From positions 557,954-621,953 of the forward strand of contig NZ_FXUB01000001.1 of NCBI RefSeq assembly GCF_900182835.1: DNA of 64,000 bases. Reading direction: 5' to 3'. The stretch is from Desulfurobacterium pacificum (GTDB lineage Bacteria > Aquificota > Aquificia > Desulfurobacteriales > Desulfurobacteriaceae). The position numbers and the translations under genes are program-made. The notes beneath the pieces are model-generated. The model searched no databases and was not told the origin of the DNA. It was given only the letters and a program-made list of their open reading frames with translations. This document shows, one piece after another, positions 20,272-30,099 of this stretch (its first letter is position 1; every line of letters begins with the position of its first letter).

Positions 20272-21603
20272 ATGAAGAAGTTTCTAACGTCCACGTTATT
20301 GCTCTTTCTAATAACCTCCACCTCCTACGGTTTAACGCTTCAGGAAGCCGTCAAAACAGCCCTTAAAGAAAACAACTACCTGAAAGCTCAAGAAATCAGC
20401 GTAAAAGAAAAAGAGATTAACCTTAAAATATCAAAAGCCCGTCTTCTGCCCTCTTTCTCTTTATACACCGACTACAACAAAACTACAGACCCACCTTACG
20501 CAATTATGAATAGAATGGAAGTTCAAAAACTTGATATGTTCAACACAAACTTTAACGACCCCGGAAAATCCCAACTCTTCCGCACCGGAATAAACGCTTT
20601 CCTTCCCATATGGCTCGGCGGAAAATTAAGGATAGGAATAGATATTTCAAAGAAAGACCTAAAAGCCGAAAAAACAAAACTTTCCAAAAGTAAACAGGAA
20701 ATAATCTACCAAGTAGTTAAGGCTTACTATCAGGTTCTCACCGCAAAATCCTACGTTGAAACGGCAAAGTTAGCTGTAAGAGATGCTCAAAAACACGTAA
20801 AAGACGCCGAAACCGCTTATAAAGCCGGACTTACTGTAAAATCCGATGTTTTAAGAGCTAAAGTCTACCTTGAGCAGGCAGAAGAAAATTTAGTAAAAGC
20901 AAAAAGCAACTACGAAATAGCAAAACGAGCGCTGCTAACGGCAATGGGACTGATGCCACTGAACTCTATAAATATTGACGGCGAGCTGACCTATAAAAAA
21001 TTCAACTTTAACCTTCAAAAACTTATCAAAACAGCACTGAAGAACAGACCGGAATTAAAAGAGCTATCTATCAGAGAAAAGCAGAGTAACGATGTAGAAA
21101 AGTTAGCAAAAAGCGACTTCTTACCATCTATCGTTGCCTACGGTGACTACTTCATGGCTTCAGATGCAGAACCTCTTGATAAAGACAACTCAAGCTGGAC
21201 GTTCGGATTAAAGGCTTCCGTTAAACTTTTTGACGGCGGCATAAGGTTTAGAGAAGTTGAAAAAGCAAGACTAATGAAGCTCAAAATAAAGGAAAACAGA
21301 GAAAGAGCTGAAAAAGGAATAGCATTTGAAGTCTCTCGTGCATACTACAACTTCCTTCAGGCAGAAAAGAGAGTAGAACTCTCCGCAGCAGCAATAAAAT
21401 CGGCAGAAGAATCTTTAAGAATTATGGAAAAGAGGTACAAAAACGGCTTAGCCACCATAACAGAGCTACTTGATACACAAACAGCGCTAAATCAAGCAAG
21501 GAGTAACTACGTTGCAGCCCTTTCAGCTTACAGAATGGCTGTAGCAGACGTATACTACACGACAGGAACTATAGACAAACACTATAGTGAATTGGCAGAA
21601 TAG
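20272..21603 (+). CDS. TolC-like outer membrane efflux protein (OMF family).
   Basis: Signal peptide and duplicated coiled-coil/beta-barrel repeats typical of TolC/OprM. Confidence 0.75.
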   Translation: MKKFLTSTLLLFLITSTSYGLTLQEAVKTALKENNYLKAQEISVKEKEINLKISKARLLPSFSLYTDYNKTTDPPYAIMNRMEVQKLDMFNTNFNDPGKSQLFRTGINAFLPIWLGGKLRIGIDISKKDLKAEKTKLSKSKQEIIYQVVKAYYQVLTAKSYVETAKLAVRDAQKHVKDAETAYKAGLTVKSDVLRAKVYLEQAEENLVKAKSNYEIAKRALLTAMGLMPLNSINIDGELTYKKFNFNLQKLIKTALKNRPELKELSIREKQSNDVEKLAKSDFLPSIVAYGDYFMASDAEPLDKDNSSWTFGLKASVKLFDGGIRFREVEKARLMKLKIKENRERAEKGIAFEVSRAYYNFLQAEKRVELSAAAIKSAEESLRIMEKRYKNGLATITELLDTQTALNQARSNYVAALSAYRMAVADVYYTTGTIDKHYSELAE

Positions 21604-22286
21604 GAAAGGAAAAATTCAGCTAACTTTACATCTTCCTTAGTTGTAATTTTTATGTTAAAAGGCTCTCCAGGTATGGTAACAACGCTGTAGCCGTACCTTT
21701 CCAACAGCGCTGAATCGTCAGTCGCCCAAAAATCCTCCCCCACCGCCCTCTCATGACATTTTAAAATCACCTCATACATAAAAACTTGCGGCGTTTGAAC
21801 TAAAACTAACTTATCCCTGTCCAGAGTTCTCTCCACAAAAAAATCCCCCCTCTCAAGCGGCGCCCCAACGACCTTAACTGTATCCCTTGGTTTCAAACCG
21901 GGAATAACGCCATCAACCTCATAATCGGACAAAGCGACAACCAACTCTCTAACAAGCGACTGAGAAACCAAAGGTCTTACGCCGTCATGTATTAAAACCT
22001 CATCAACTCCCTCATTCTCAATCGCCTTTAAACCCTTAAAAACAGAACTCTGTCTTTCCTCTCCTCCAGGAACGACGTACTTAATCTTCTTAAACTTCTC
22101 CTTTAGCTTTTCCCCAAATTCCAAATCCTTGGCAGGCAGAACCAAAACTATACCGTGAACAAGCTCACTTTTTTCAAAAACTCTCAAAGTGTACTCAATT
22201 ACAGGAACGCCGTTAATCTCAAAAAACTGCTTCTTTCCACCAAACCTCCTGCCCAGCCCGGCAGCAGGTATTACAGCGTATCTCAC
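21582..22286 (-). CDS. ispD: 2-C-methyl-D-erythritol 4-phosphate cytidylyltransferase.
   Basis: MRYAVIPAAGLGRRFGGKKQF N-terminal motif. Confidence 0.85.
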   Translation of the reverse strand: MRYAVIPAAGLGRRFGGKKQFFEINGVPVIEYTLRVFEKSELVHGIVLVLPAKDLEFGEKLKEKFKKIKYVVPGGEERQSSVFKGLKAIENEGVDEVLIHDGVRPLVSQSLVRELVVALSDYEVDGVIPGLKPRDTVKVVGAPLERGDFFVERTLDRDKLVLVQTPQVFMYEVILKCHERAVGEDFWATDDSALLERYGYSVVTIPGEPFNIKITTKEDVKLAEFFLSYSANSL

Positions 22287-23263
22287 TTAACCACCTCTTT
22301 AACCCTTGCAAAAATTATCTTACCCGAAGAGGTCTGTAAAAGGTTATTCACAAGTACTTTAACCTTATGCCCTATCAGATGTTTGGCATCATCAACAACA
22401 ACCATCGTACCATCATCAAGGTAACCAACAGCCTGGTTCTTCTCTTTACCTTCCTTAACTAAGAAGACAACCAACTCCTCCCCAACTGCAACAACAGGCT
22501 TCAAAGCGTTGGCAAGGTCATTTATGTTCAAAATCTCAACGCCTTTTATAGATGCAACTCTGTTCAAATTATAATCGGTAGTAATCAACTTCGCTCCAAG
22601 TCTCCTGCAAAGCTCTACAAGCTTTGAATCAACATCCCTAATCCACGGAATATCCCTCTCGTAAATTTCAACAGGCGGTTTCTCAAGCATCCGTAACTGA
22701 GAAACCATATCAAGTCCCTTCTTCCCCTTCGTTCTCACCATAGGGTCAGTAGAATCTGCAAGAGTCTGAAGCTCCTCAAGAACAAATCGCGGAATCAAAA
22801 TCTTTCCTTCAATGAATCCCAACTTAGCTATCTCTACAACTCTACCATCTATAAGAGCGCTCGTATCAACGACCTTTAACGTCGTATAAAGTCCTCTTTC
22901 CTCTTTCAGCAACTCCGAAAGAGGTTTCCTACTACCTATTTCAACAGCCGTTAAACCAAAAAGGTAAGGAAGAGTTAGGAAGAGAATCTCTTGGAGGTAA
23001 GGAAAGTTAGTGAAGAGAGAGAAAAGCGAAAGCGTTATACCTTTGGCAAGGTAAAGTCCCAAGAAGAAACCGGCGGAAAACAAAAGAACGGTTTTAATCT
23101 TAAGCTTCCTCTTCATCAAAAACTCATAGAAGAGAAAGGAAGCAGCAGAGATGAATATACCAACAATTAAAGACTGCGTTAAAGTAAAGCCGTAATGTTT
23201 GAAAATAGCCGTAGAGACAAGCAGGAGGAATATTAAAAACCCTCCCATCACCTTTGACGTCAC
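22283..23263 (-). CDS. Membrane-anchored PIN plus TRAM domain protein (YacL-like).
   Basis: N-terminal TM helices, a PIN-domain motif VVDTSALIDGRV and a C-terminal TRAM-like beta region. Confidence 0.65.
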   Translation of the reverse strand: MTSKVMGGFLIFLLLVSTAIFKHYGFTLTQSLIVGIFISAASFLFYEFLMKRKLKIKTVLLFSAGFFLGLYLAKGITLSLFSLFTNFPYLQEILFLTLPYLFGLTAVEIGSRKPLSELLKEERGLYTTLKVVDTSALIDGRVVEIAKLGFIEGKILIPRFVLEELQTLADSTDPMVRTKGKKGLDMVSQLRMLEKPPVEIYERDIPWIRDVDSKLVELCRRLGAKLITTDYNLNRVASIKGVEILNINDLANALKPVVAVGEELVVFLVKEGKEKNQAVGYLDDGTMVVVDDAKHLIGHKVKVLVNNLLQTSSGKIIFARVKEVVK

Positions 23264-23748
23264 TTCTGCACCTCTTTAAGAATCTTCCTTATCCTCTGTT
23301 TTATCTTCTTTACAGGCTCCCCTAAAGATAAAGCTATCTCTTCAGATAACTTACTAAACGCCTCTTCAAACATCCTCTTTTCAGAGTAAGAAAGGTCTTT
23401 ATCCTTCGCTCTAAAAGAAAGATTACGAACAACTGTAGCAAGCTCTTTAATGTCTCCGGTTCTCAACCTATCAACGTTAAGCCTGTGTCTAACCGTCCAC
23501 TTCTCACTTATATTGGTCGGGGTTTCAGAAAGAAACTCAAATATCTCTGCAATTTCTTCTTCAGAAAGGATATGTCTGATACCGGAAGTCTCAGCTGCAG
23601 CTTCTGGAATCAGGATAGACATATTCTTTCCAACAAGGGAAATCCTCAGATAAACAACTTTTCTCCCCCCTACCTCCCTTTCTTCAGTTCCTTCAATAAC
23701 GCCAACGCCGTGAGGGGGACAGGCAACCTTATCTCCTACTTTAAACAT
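23260..23748 (-). CDS. carD: CarD/CdnL-family transcriptional regulator.
   Basis: MFKVGDKVACPPHGVGVIEG RNAP-interacting N-terminal domain. Confidence 0.8.
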   Translation of the reverse strand: MFKVGDKVACPPHGVGVIEGTEEREVGGRKVVYLRISLVGKNMSILIPEAAAETSGIRHILSEEEIAEIFEFLSETPTNISEKWTVRHRLNVDRLRTGDIKELATVVRNLSFRAKDKDLSYSEKRMFEEAFSKLSEEIALSLGEPVKKIKQRIRKILKEVQK

Positions 23749-23757
23749 CAGATACTC

Positions 23758-24615
23758 CTAATGAGGTTTCTTCACCGGCACCTCTCCCTTTTTCGGTTCC
23801 CCGTAAGGAACGGGAACGTACTGAACAGAAGGTTGTCCTCCCGGTTGATAGTAAAGCTCCATAAGGTCGTAAACCTCTTCCGGAACCTCTGTAGTAACGT
23901 TCAACCCCAACTCTTTAACCACTTCAACGTTCAAAGGATAATCGTGCGTCCAGTAACCGCTCGTTAGAATCTCCGCTATCCTTTCAGCTTTTTCCCTGTC
24001 ATGACCTTTAAGCGTCAGAACCCTAACTATTGTATTTTTCATCTGTACAAGGGCTTTTTCTGCAACATCCGCCATTATCAACGTTTCATCTTTCAGTTCC
24101 GTTTTCTTCATCTGGGCAACTTTCACAAGAGAAGGAGCAGGAAACTGACCAAGCTGCGGGTCAAGAGGACCTAACACGGCGTTTGAGTCCATAACTATTT
24201 CATCGGCTGCCAGAGCTATAAGCGTCCCGCCGGACATAGCATAATGGGGAACAATAACCCTAACAGGCGCTTTCCTCTTGGCAAGGGCTGAGGCTATCTG
24301 CGTAGCCGCAAGAGCAAGCCCACCCGGAGTATGAATAATCAGGTCAATAGCCATATCGTCAGGCGTCATCCTTATCGCTCTCAGGATACGTTCAGAATCC
24401 TCAATCGTTATGTAGCGAACCAAAGGAAATCCCATAAAGGCAAGTCTTTCCTGACGGTGAATCATAGTAATAACGCGGGATTTTCTCTTTTTCTCTATCT
24501 CTTTTATAAGGCGGAGACGCGCCCACTCAAGATTTTTCTGCTGAAAGAGGGGCCAGATGGAAAAGAAGATAATAAGCAACCAGAAAATGTCAAAAAAAGT
24601 TGGACCCTGATGCAT
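23758..24615 (-). CDS. Membrane-anchored serine protease of the SDH / ClpP-like (S49-related) family.
   Basis: N-terminal TM helix and HTPGGLALAATQIASAL...MSGGTLIALAADEIVM pattern. Confidence 0.6.
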   Translation of the reverse strand: MHQGPTFFDIFWLLIIFFSIWPLFQQKNLEWARLRLIKEIEKKRKSRVITMIHRQERLAFMGFPLVRYITIEDSERILRAIRMTPDDMAIDLIIHTPGGLALAATQIASALAKRKAPVRVIVPHYAMSGGTLIALAADEIVMDSNAVLGPLDPQLGQFPAPSLVKVAQMKKTELKDETLIMADVAEKALVQMKNTIVRVLTLKGHDREKAERIAEILTSGYWTHDYPLNVEVVKELGLNVTTEVPEEVYDLMELYYQPGGQPSVQYVPVPYGEPKKGEVPVKKPH

Positions 24616-24625
24616 GGAGTCTCCT

Positions 24626-25909
24626 TTATAAATCTTTAAACACTATTTTACCATTATAAAATGTCATTTTAACTTTTCCTTTTAATTTCCAGCCCAAAAA
24701 CGGCGAGTTAAAACTTTTTGACCTAACCATTTCTCTGATAAAAACGTACTCTTCGTCCGGGTCAAAAACGGTAACATTTGCCCTCGCTCCAAGTTTTAAC
24801 GCTCCTATATCACTTCTCTTTATGATTTTAGCTGGAGTGGTAGATAGCCTCTCCACCATCTGAGAAAGCGTTAGATACCCCTTTCTAACAAGCTCTAAAG
24901 TAAGTGGCAACATAGTCTGAAGACCTATTATTCCAAAAGGTGCAGCACAGAATTCAACCATTTTCTCATCTTCTGTATGGGGAGCGTGGTCTGTAGCGAT
25001 AGCGTCGGCAACTCCGCTTTTTAAAGCTCTCCTACAGGCTTCAACATCTTCTGAAGTTCTCAACGGTGGGCACATCTTAGCACTGGTGTTGAAGTCCCTG
25101 ACAGCTTCCTCCGTAAGTGTAAAGTGGTGAGGCGTTATTTCACAAGTTACGTTTATTCCTTCTCTTTTCGCCATTTCTATAATTCTCAAGGCATTAGAAG
25201 TAGAAACGTGACAGATATGGATATGAGCGCCCGTAAGCTTTGCAACCATTAAATCTCTTAAAATCCCTATCTCTTCAGCTTCTGCCGGCATACCAGGAAT
25301 GCCCAACAGCGTTGAAATCATTCCCTCGTTCATATGACCGCCGGCGGAAAGAGTCTTATCCTCACTATGGGTAAAAACAGGAATTCCAAGAGAACGGGCG
25401 TAATCCATCGCGTTTCTCAAAACCTTCGCATCTTTAGGCGTTTCACCATCATCAGAAACAGCAACTATACCGGCTTTTACCATCAAACCTATTTCTGCTA
25501 ATTCCTCTCCCTTTAACCCTTTAGTTATTGCTCCAATAGGAAAAACATCACAGAGACCAACCGACTTCGCCTTTTCCACTATATACCTTGTAACGGCAGG
25601 ATTATCGTTAACAGGGTCTGTGTTAGCCATACAGCAAACAGAAGTTACTCCTCCCGCAACGGCAGCCTGCGAGCCCGTTTCTATGTCTTCTTTCCACTCC
25701 TGCCCGGGGTCTCTAAAGTGAACGTGCAAATCTATAAATCCAGGAGAAACAACTAAACCATCGGCATTAACAACGGTTACCGCTTCAGAAATAGGAATGT
25801 TCTTCTCAACTTTAACAACTTTGCCGTTATCAATAAGAATGTCTGTTACTTCATCAATTGAAAGGGAAGGGTCTACAACCCTTCCTCCCTTTATAAGGAG
25901 AGAATCCAT
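24626..25909 (-). CDS. pyrC: Dihydroorotase.
   Basis: Amidohydrolase metal ligands (DLHVHFRDPG, HxH), 427 aa. Confidence 0.85.
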   Translation of the reverse strand: MDSLLIKGGRVVDPSLSIDEVTDILIDNGKVVKVEKNIPISEAVTVVNADGLVVSPGFIDLHVHFRDPGQEWKEDIETGSQAAVAGGVTSVCCMANTDPVNDNPAVTRYIVEKAKSVGLCDVFPIGAITKGLKGEELAEIGLMVKAGIVAVSDDGETPKDAKVLRNAMDYARSLGIPVFTHSEDKTLSAGGHMNEGMISTLLGIPGMPAEAEEIGILRDLMVAKLTGAHIHICHVSTSNALRIIEMAKREGINVTCEITPHHFTLTEEAVRDFNTSAKMCPPLRTSEDVEACRRALKSGVADAIATDHAPHTEDEKMVEFCAAPFGIIGLQTMLPLTLELVRKGYLTLSQMVERLSTTPAKIIKRSDIGALKLGARANVTVFDPDEEYVFIREMVRSKSFNSPFLGWKLKGKVKMTFYNGKIVFKDL

Positions 25910-25921
25910 TCTCTACTCCTT

Positions 25922-26254
25922 CTACCGTTTTTGAGCCAGTGCAGTTTGTCTGTGACAGCGGGTGCAGTTGGCTGGATTTTTAGCGCTAAACGCTTTCACC
26001 CCATTATGACAGGCGCCGCAATACTTACCTTGCCATATATCCTGCATAGTAAAGTGGTCTGCTCCAAACTTTTTCTTAAACAGCTTCGGATGGCAGTAAA
26101 AACAGTGTTGGTGCTTTACCTTTACGTGATAAACGTGGCTAAATACCACATCACCTTTAGGTGTTTTAAAAACAAGGTTTTTATTAAGCACTCCACCTTT
26201 AAAACAACCGTAGATAAACAGCGCGGCAGCAGGTAAAAGCAGAAACTTACGCAT
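25922..26254 (-). CDS. Small periplasmic triheme c-type cytochrome (c7/c3-like).
   Basis: Signal peptide plus three CxxCH motifs (CFYCH, CGACH, CTRCH) in 110 aa. Confidence 0.7.
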   Translation of the reverse strand: MRKFLLLPAAALFIYGCFKGGVLNKNLVFKTPKGDVVFSHVYHVKVKHQHCFYCHPKLFKKKFGADHFTMQDIWQGKYCGACHNGVKAFSAKNPANCTRCHRQTALAQKR

Positions 26255-26300
26255 TTACAAACCTCCTTTCATTTCTCCCCATCCCCAAACTGCCGCTCCT

Positions 26301-27242
26301 CTAATGTATCTCTTCCTTCAACTTCTCAAGCCTTCCACAGAGTAGAGAAAGGACTACCATTCTCACTGCCAACCCGGTTTCTACCTGGTTGAAAATTAAA
26401 GAACGCTCCGACGTTACAACGTCATTGTTTAACTCAACGCCCCTGTTGAAAGGACCAGGATGCAGTATCACCGTTTCAGGCTTTAACATTCCAAGACGCT
26501 TTCTATTCACGCCAAACAGCTCTGCGTATTCCCTTAGAGAAGGAAATACTTTTTTCGCATTTTGCCTTTCAAGTTGAATTCTTAAAAGAATAATCACGTC
26601 AGAAAGCTCTGCTACCTCCTCAAAAGAGTTTAACTTTTTAACACCTAAAGCTTGAGGAAATCTTGGCATCATAGGTGAAGGACCATAAATAAAAACTTCC
26701 GCCCCTAACTTCCTGAAAAGTAAAGCGTCTGAACGAGCAACTCTGCTGTTAACTATATCTCCCATTATCGTTATCTTCTTACCTTCAAGCGTTCCAAACC
26801 TTTCTAAGAGGGTTATCGCATCAAGAAGTGCCTGTGTGGGGTGTTCCCTCCTTCCATCACCTGCATTTACAACAGAGGCGTTTATATGGTTTTTAACGGT
26901 ATAAGGTGCACCTTCACACGGATGCCTTAAAACGATAACGTCTGGATGCATCATATCAAGATTTTTTAAAGTATCTATAAGGCTTTCACCCTTCTTAACG
27001 CTGCTAACGGAAGCCGAAATATTTATCACGTCGGCAGAAAGAAACTTGCCAGCCTTTTCAAAAGAGGAACGGGTTCTTGTGGACGGTTCAAAGAAAAGGT
27101 TTACAACGCACTTACCTCTAAGAACGGAAAATTTCTTTCTATCTTCTTTTAAAGCTTTCTTTACCTGTTGAGAAAGCTTATATACCTCCTGAAACTGCTC
27201 TTTTGAAACATCCTCTATAGAAATCAGGTGTTTCATTATCAC
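26301..27242 (-). CDS. pyrB: Aspartate carbamoyltransferase catalytic subunit.
   Basis: STRTRSSFE and HPTQALLD motifs. Confidence 0.9.
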   Translation of the reverse strand: MIMKHLISIEDVSKEQFQEVYKLSQQVKKALKEDRKKFSVLRGKCVVNLFFEPSTRTRSSFEKAGKFLSADVINISASVSSVKKGESLIDTLKNLDMMHPDVIVLRHPCEGAPYTVKNHINASVVNAGDGRREHPTQALLDAITLLERFGTLEGKKITIMGDIVNSRVARSDALLFRKLGAEVFIYGPSPMMPRFPQALGVKKLNSFEEVAELSDVIILLRIQLERQNAKKVFPSLREYAELFGVNRKRLGMLKPETVILHPGPFNRGVELNNDVVTSERSLIFNQVETGLAVRMVVLSLLCGRLEKLKEEIH

Positions 27243-27319
27243 CCCTTAGCTTTTTTTCGGCTCTTTTGTAAACTCTTCTGCCCTAACAATACCTAAAGTA
27301 CCTGCTAAAGTTATTTCCC

Positions 27320-28675
27320 TCAAACTTTTTCCTCTAACTTTATAGGTATCTTTATCGCTTCCCTTACTTCAACTGCAAGCCTGTGAGCCTCAAGCCCTTC
27401 ACATTCAGCCAAATTCCTTGCATGTTCAGATACTCTTTTAAAGCCTTCTTTACTAACGTAAAGAATGGAAGAACGCTTTACAAAATCGTAAACACCTAAA
27501 GGCGAGAAAAATCTCGCGCTTCCACCTGTAGGAAGAACGTGGTTTGGACCTAAAACGTAATCACCCAAAGATTCGCAAGTATGGTGTCCTAAAAAGATTG
27601 CACCTGCGTGCTTTATTAAATCCAGTAGAGCAAACGGTTCTTTTGTAGCAACCTCAAGATGCTCTGGTGCTACTTCGTTGGCTACCTGACAGGAATGGTA
27701 AACGTCCTTAGTTAAAAACACCGTTCCAAAGTTTTCTATTGACTTTTCTGCAATTTCTTTCCTTTTAAGAGTTTCAAGCTTTTTATAAAGAGCATCTACA
27801 ACTTCTTCGGCAAGTTTTTCATCATGAGTTACTAAAAAAGCACCAGCAAGCTCGTCATGTTCTGCTTGAGATAGAAGGTCTGTAGCAACCCATTCTGGAT
27901 TTGCCGTTTCATCGGCTATAACTAAAATCTCACTCGGTCCTGCCACCATATCTATGTCAACAGTTCCAAAGAGAAACTTCTTTGCAAGAGCAACGTAGAT
28001 GTTTCCAGGACCTACTATCTTGTCAACCTTAGGTATAGATTCTGTTCCATAGGCTATTGCGGCAATCCCGTGAGCGCCGCCAACCCTGTAAATCTCATCA
28101 ACGCCAGAAAGTTTAGCGGCAACTAAGGAATAGGGATTAACTTCAAGCGTTCCAATAGCTGGCGTTATCATAACAACCTTTTCAACGCCGGCAACCTTAG
28201 CAGGAACAGCGTTCATAATAACAGAAGACGGATAGGAAGCTTTTCCACCTGGAACGTATATACCTGCACTTTCAAGCGGCGTTACTTTCTGTCCTAAAAC
28301 AATTCCCGGTTCTGTAACGAAATAGGAATTTTCAAGTTGCTTTTCGTGAAACTTCCTTACTCTATCAACAGCAAACTTTATGGCATCTATTACTTTAGGC
28401 TCAACTTTTTGAAAAGCTTCTTCTATCTCCTCTTCAGAAACTTTTACGTTTTCAGGAGTTAAGTCAACTCTGTCAAATTTTTTAGCGTATCCGAAAACAG
28501 CAGTATCACCATACTTTTTAACGTTTTCTATTATTTCTAAAACAGAAGACGCGTATTTACTTTCTAAACCCTGACCTCTGTTTTTTATTCTTGAAAGTTC
28601 AGGGTCTTTCTGCCAGTCATCTTTCCTTAAATCAACTCTTTTCATAACGAACTCCTGATGCGGATTTAAATACAA
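27320..28675 (-). CDS. hisD: Histidinol dehydrogenase.
   Basis: HisD family pattern. The likely true start is the internal Met at about 28645 (MKRVDLRKDD). Confidence 0.85.
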   Translation of the reverse strand: MYLNPHQEFVMKRVDLRKDDWQKDPELSRIKNRGQGLESKYASSVLEIIENVKKYGDTAVFGYAKKFDRVDLTPENVKVSEEEIEEAFQKVEPKVIDAIKFAVDRVRKFHEKQLENSYFVTEPGIVLGQKVTPLESAGIYVPGGKASYPSSVIMNAVPAKVAGVEKVVMITPAIGTLEVNPYSLVAAKLSGVDEIYRVGGAHGIAAIAYGTESIPKVDKIVGPGNIYVALAKKFLFGTVDIDMVAGPSEILVIADETANPEWVATDLLSQAEHDELAGAFLVTHDEKLAEEVVDALYKKLETLKRKEIAEKSIENFGTVFLTKDVYHSCQVANEVAPEHLEVATKEPFALLDLIKHAGAIFLGHHTCESLGDYVLGPNHVLPTGGSARFFSPLGVYDFVKRSSILYVSKEGFKRVSEHARNLAECEGLEAHRLAVEVREAIKIPIKLEEKV

Positions 28676-28736
28676 ATTATATCAGCCACAAACGGTAAAA
28701 TTTAAAAGAAAAAGCAAAATGTCATCAGGAGAAATT

Positions 28737-29477
28737 ATGAAAAACTTCTTTTTCCTTTCTCTTATGCTAATCTTCTTTAGCTGCGGAGGTTCTCCTTCTA
28801 ATCAAACCACTTCAACCCTTAAAGGAAGTATCCTTTTTGCTTATAACTACAATTCTACTCTGTGGCAATCTATTGAATCTGCCCCTTCCGGAAACAAAAC
28901 AATCTTCGTAGTGGTCAATCCTGACGATGGACCTGGAACACAAACCGACCCTCTTTACAGCAACTTTATAAATGAACTCACTAAAACAGAGAAAATCCCC
29001 CTCGCCTACATTTACACAAACTACGCCCAAAGAGACATAACTTCAGTAGAAGCAGACGTAAATGCATGGCTGGAACTCTACCCGGAAATAAAAGGCTTCT
29101 TCTTTGACGAAGTAAGCGATTCAGAAGAAGACCTTCCTTACTACGAAGAATTAGAAAACTACGTAAAAGCTAAAGGAAACTATTATATAGTCCTGAATCC
29201 CGGAACGAACGTTCCAGAAAGTTACTTTGAAATATCAGATGCCGTTATAACCTATGAAGATTCCGCAGAAAATACAGGAAATTACGTTCCCCCACCGTTT
29301 TACAGCAAGAATGCCTGCGTAATCTACGGCGTAAGCGATAATTTATGGAAAGAGGTATTCAACGAGTTTAAAACGAAATGCGCCTACCTGTTTATAACAA
29401 ACGGAACGTTGCCAAATCCTTACAGTGAGCTACCAGATTACTTTGAAGAAGAGATAAAGAGTATAGAAGAAAATTGA
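28737..29477 (+). CDS. Lipoprotein of the spherulation-specific family 4 (GH114-related TIM-barrel) type.
   Basis: Lipobox FFSCGG, then VVNPDDGPGT...GFFFDEV...VLNPGTNVPE, which matches my memory of the Spherulin-4 / PF12138 pattern. Confidence 0.55.
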   Translation: MKNFFFLSLMLIFFSCGGSPSNQTTSTLKGSILFAYNYNSTLWQSIESAPSGNKTIFVVVNPDDGPGTQTDPLYSNFINELTKTEKIPLAYIYTNYAQRDITSVEADVNAWLELYPEIKGFFFDEVSDSEEDLPYYEELENYVKAKGNYYIVLNPGTNVPESYFEISDAVITYEDSAENTGNYVPPPFYSKNACVIYGVSDNLWKEVFNEFKTKCAYLFITNGTLPNPYSELPDYFEEEIKSIEEN

Positions 29478-29478
29478 G

Positions 29479-29574
<96 letters not shown>

Positions 29575-29579
29575 AAGAA

Positions 29580-29655
<76 letters not shown>

Positions 29656-29660
29656 ACTTG

Positions 29661-29755
29661 TGGCGGAGGGGGAGGGATTTGAACCCCCGGAGGGCTGGTT
29701 AGGCCCTCAGGTGATTTCAAGTCACCCGCCTTCAGCCAGACTCGGCCACCCCTCC
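29661..29755 (-). tRNA. tRNA-Ser (anticodon TGA).
   Basis: Reverse complement GGAGGGGTGGCCGAGTCTGGCTGAAGGCGGGTGACTTGAAATCACC...GGTTCAAATCCCTCCCCCTCCGCCA. Confidence 0.8.
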
Positions 29756-29820
29756 GCGTTGCGTAGAAGAAAAATATAACCTATGTTTTAAGCTGTCAAC
29801 TGAAATCTGGAGGAATTGTC

Positions 29821-29991
29821 ATGCTTCCAAAAGAACTTTTAGAAGTTTTAGCCTGCCCGCAGTGTAAAGGAGACTTAGAATACAGGGAAAAAGAGCAAAA
29901 ATTGGTGTGTCACAAGTGCAAGTTGGCTTTTCCCATCGTTGACGACATACCTGTAATGCTCATTGAAGAAGCTGAAAAGTTAGAGGGGTAA
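29821..29991 (+). CDS. Trm112/UPF0434-family small zinc-ribbon-like protein (56 aa).
   Basis: [21 protein letters not shown]...[20 protein letters not shown], with GGAGG upstream. It is under 60 aa, so it is absent from the ORF track. Confidence 0.65.
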   Translation: MLPKELLEVLACPQCKGDLEYREKEQKLVCHKCKLAFPIVDDIPVMLIEEAEKLEG

Positions 29992-29994
29992 AGG

Positions 29995-30099
29995 ATGAGC
30001 ACAATAAGCTTCTTGCTTTCCCTTTTAATAGCAGTTGTCTTTATCACTTCTACCGCCTACGGCATCTACAAAACCTTTAAAAAGAGGAAGCAGCAATGA
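29995..30099 (+). CDS. Possible 34-aa single-TM micro-protein overlapping the rlmN start.
   Basis: AAGGATG start. The ORF reads MSTISFLLSLLIAVVFITSTAYGIYKTFKKRKQQ, a hydrophobic helix with a basic tail. Confidence 0.3.
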   Translation: MSTISFLLSLLIAVVFITSTAYGIYKTFKKRKQQ

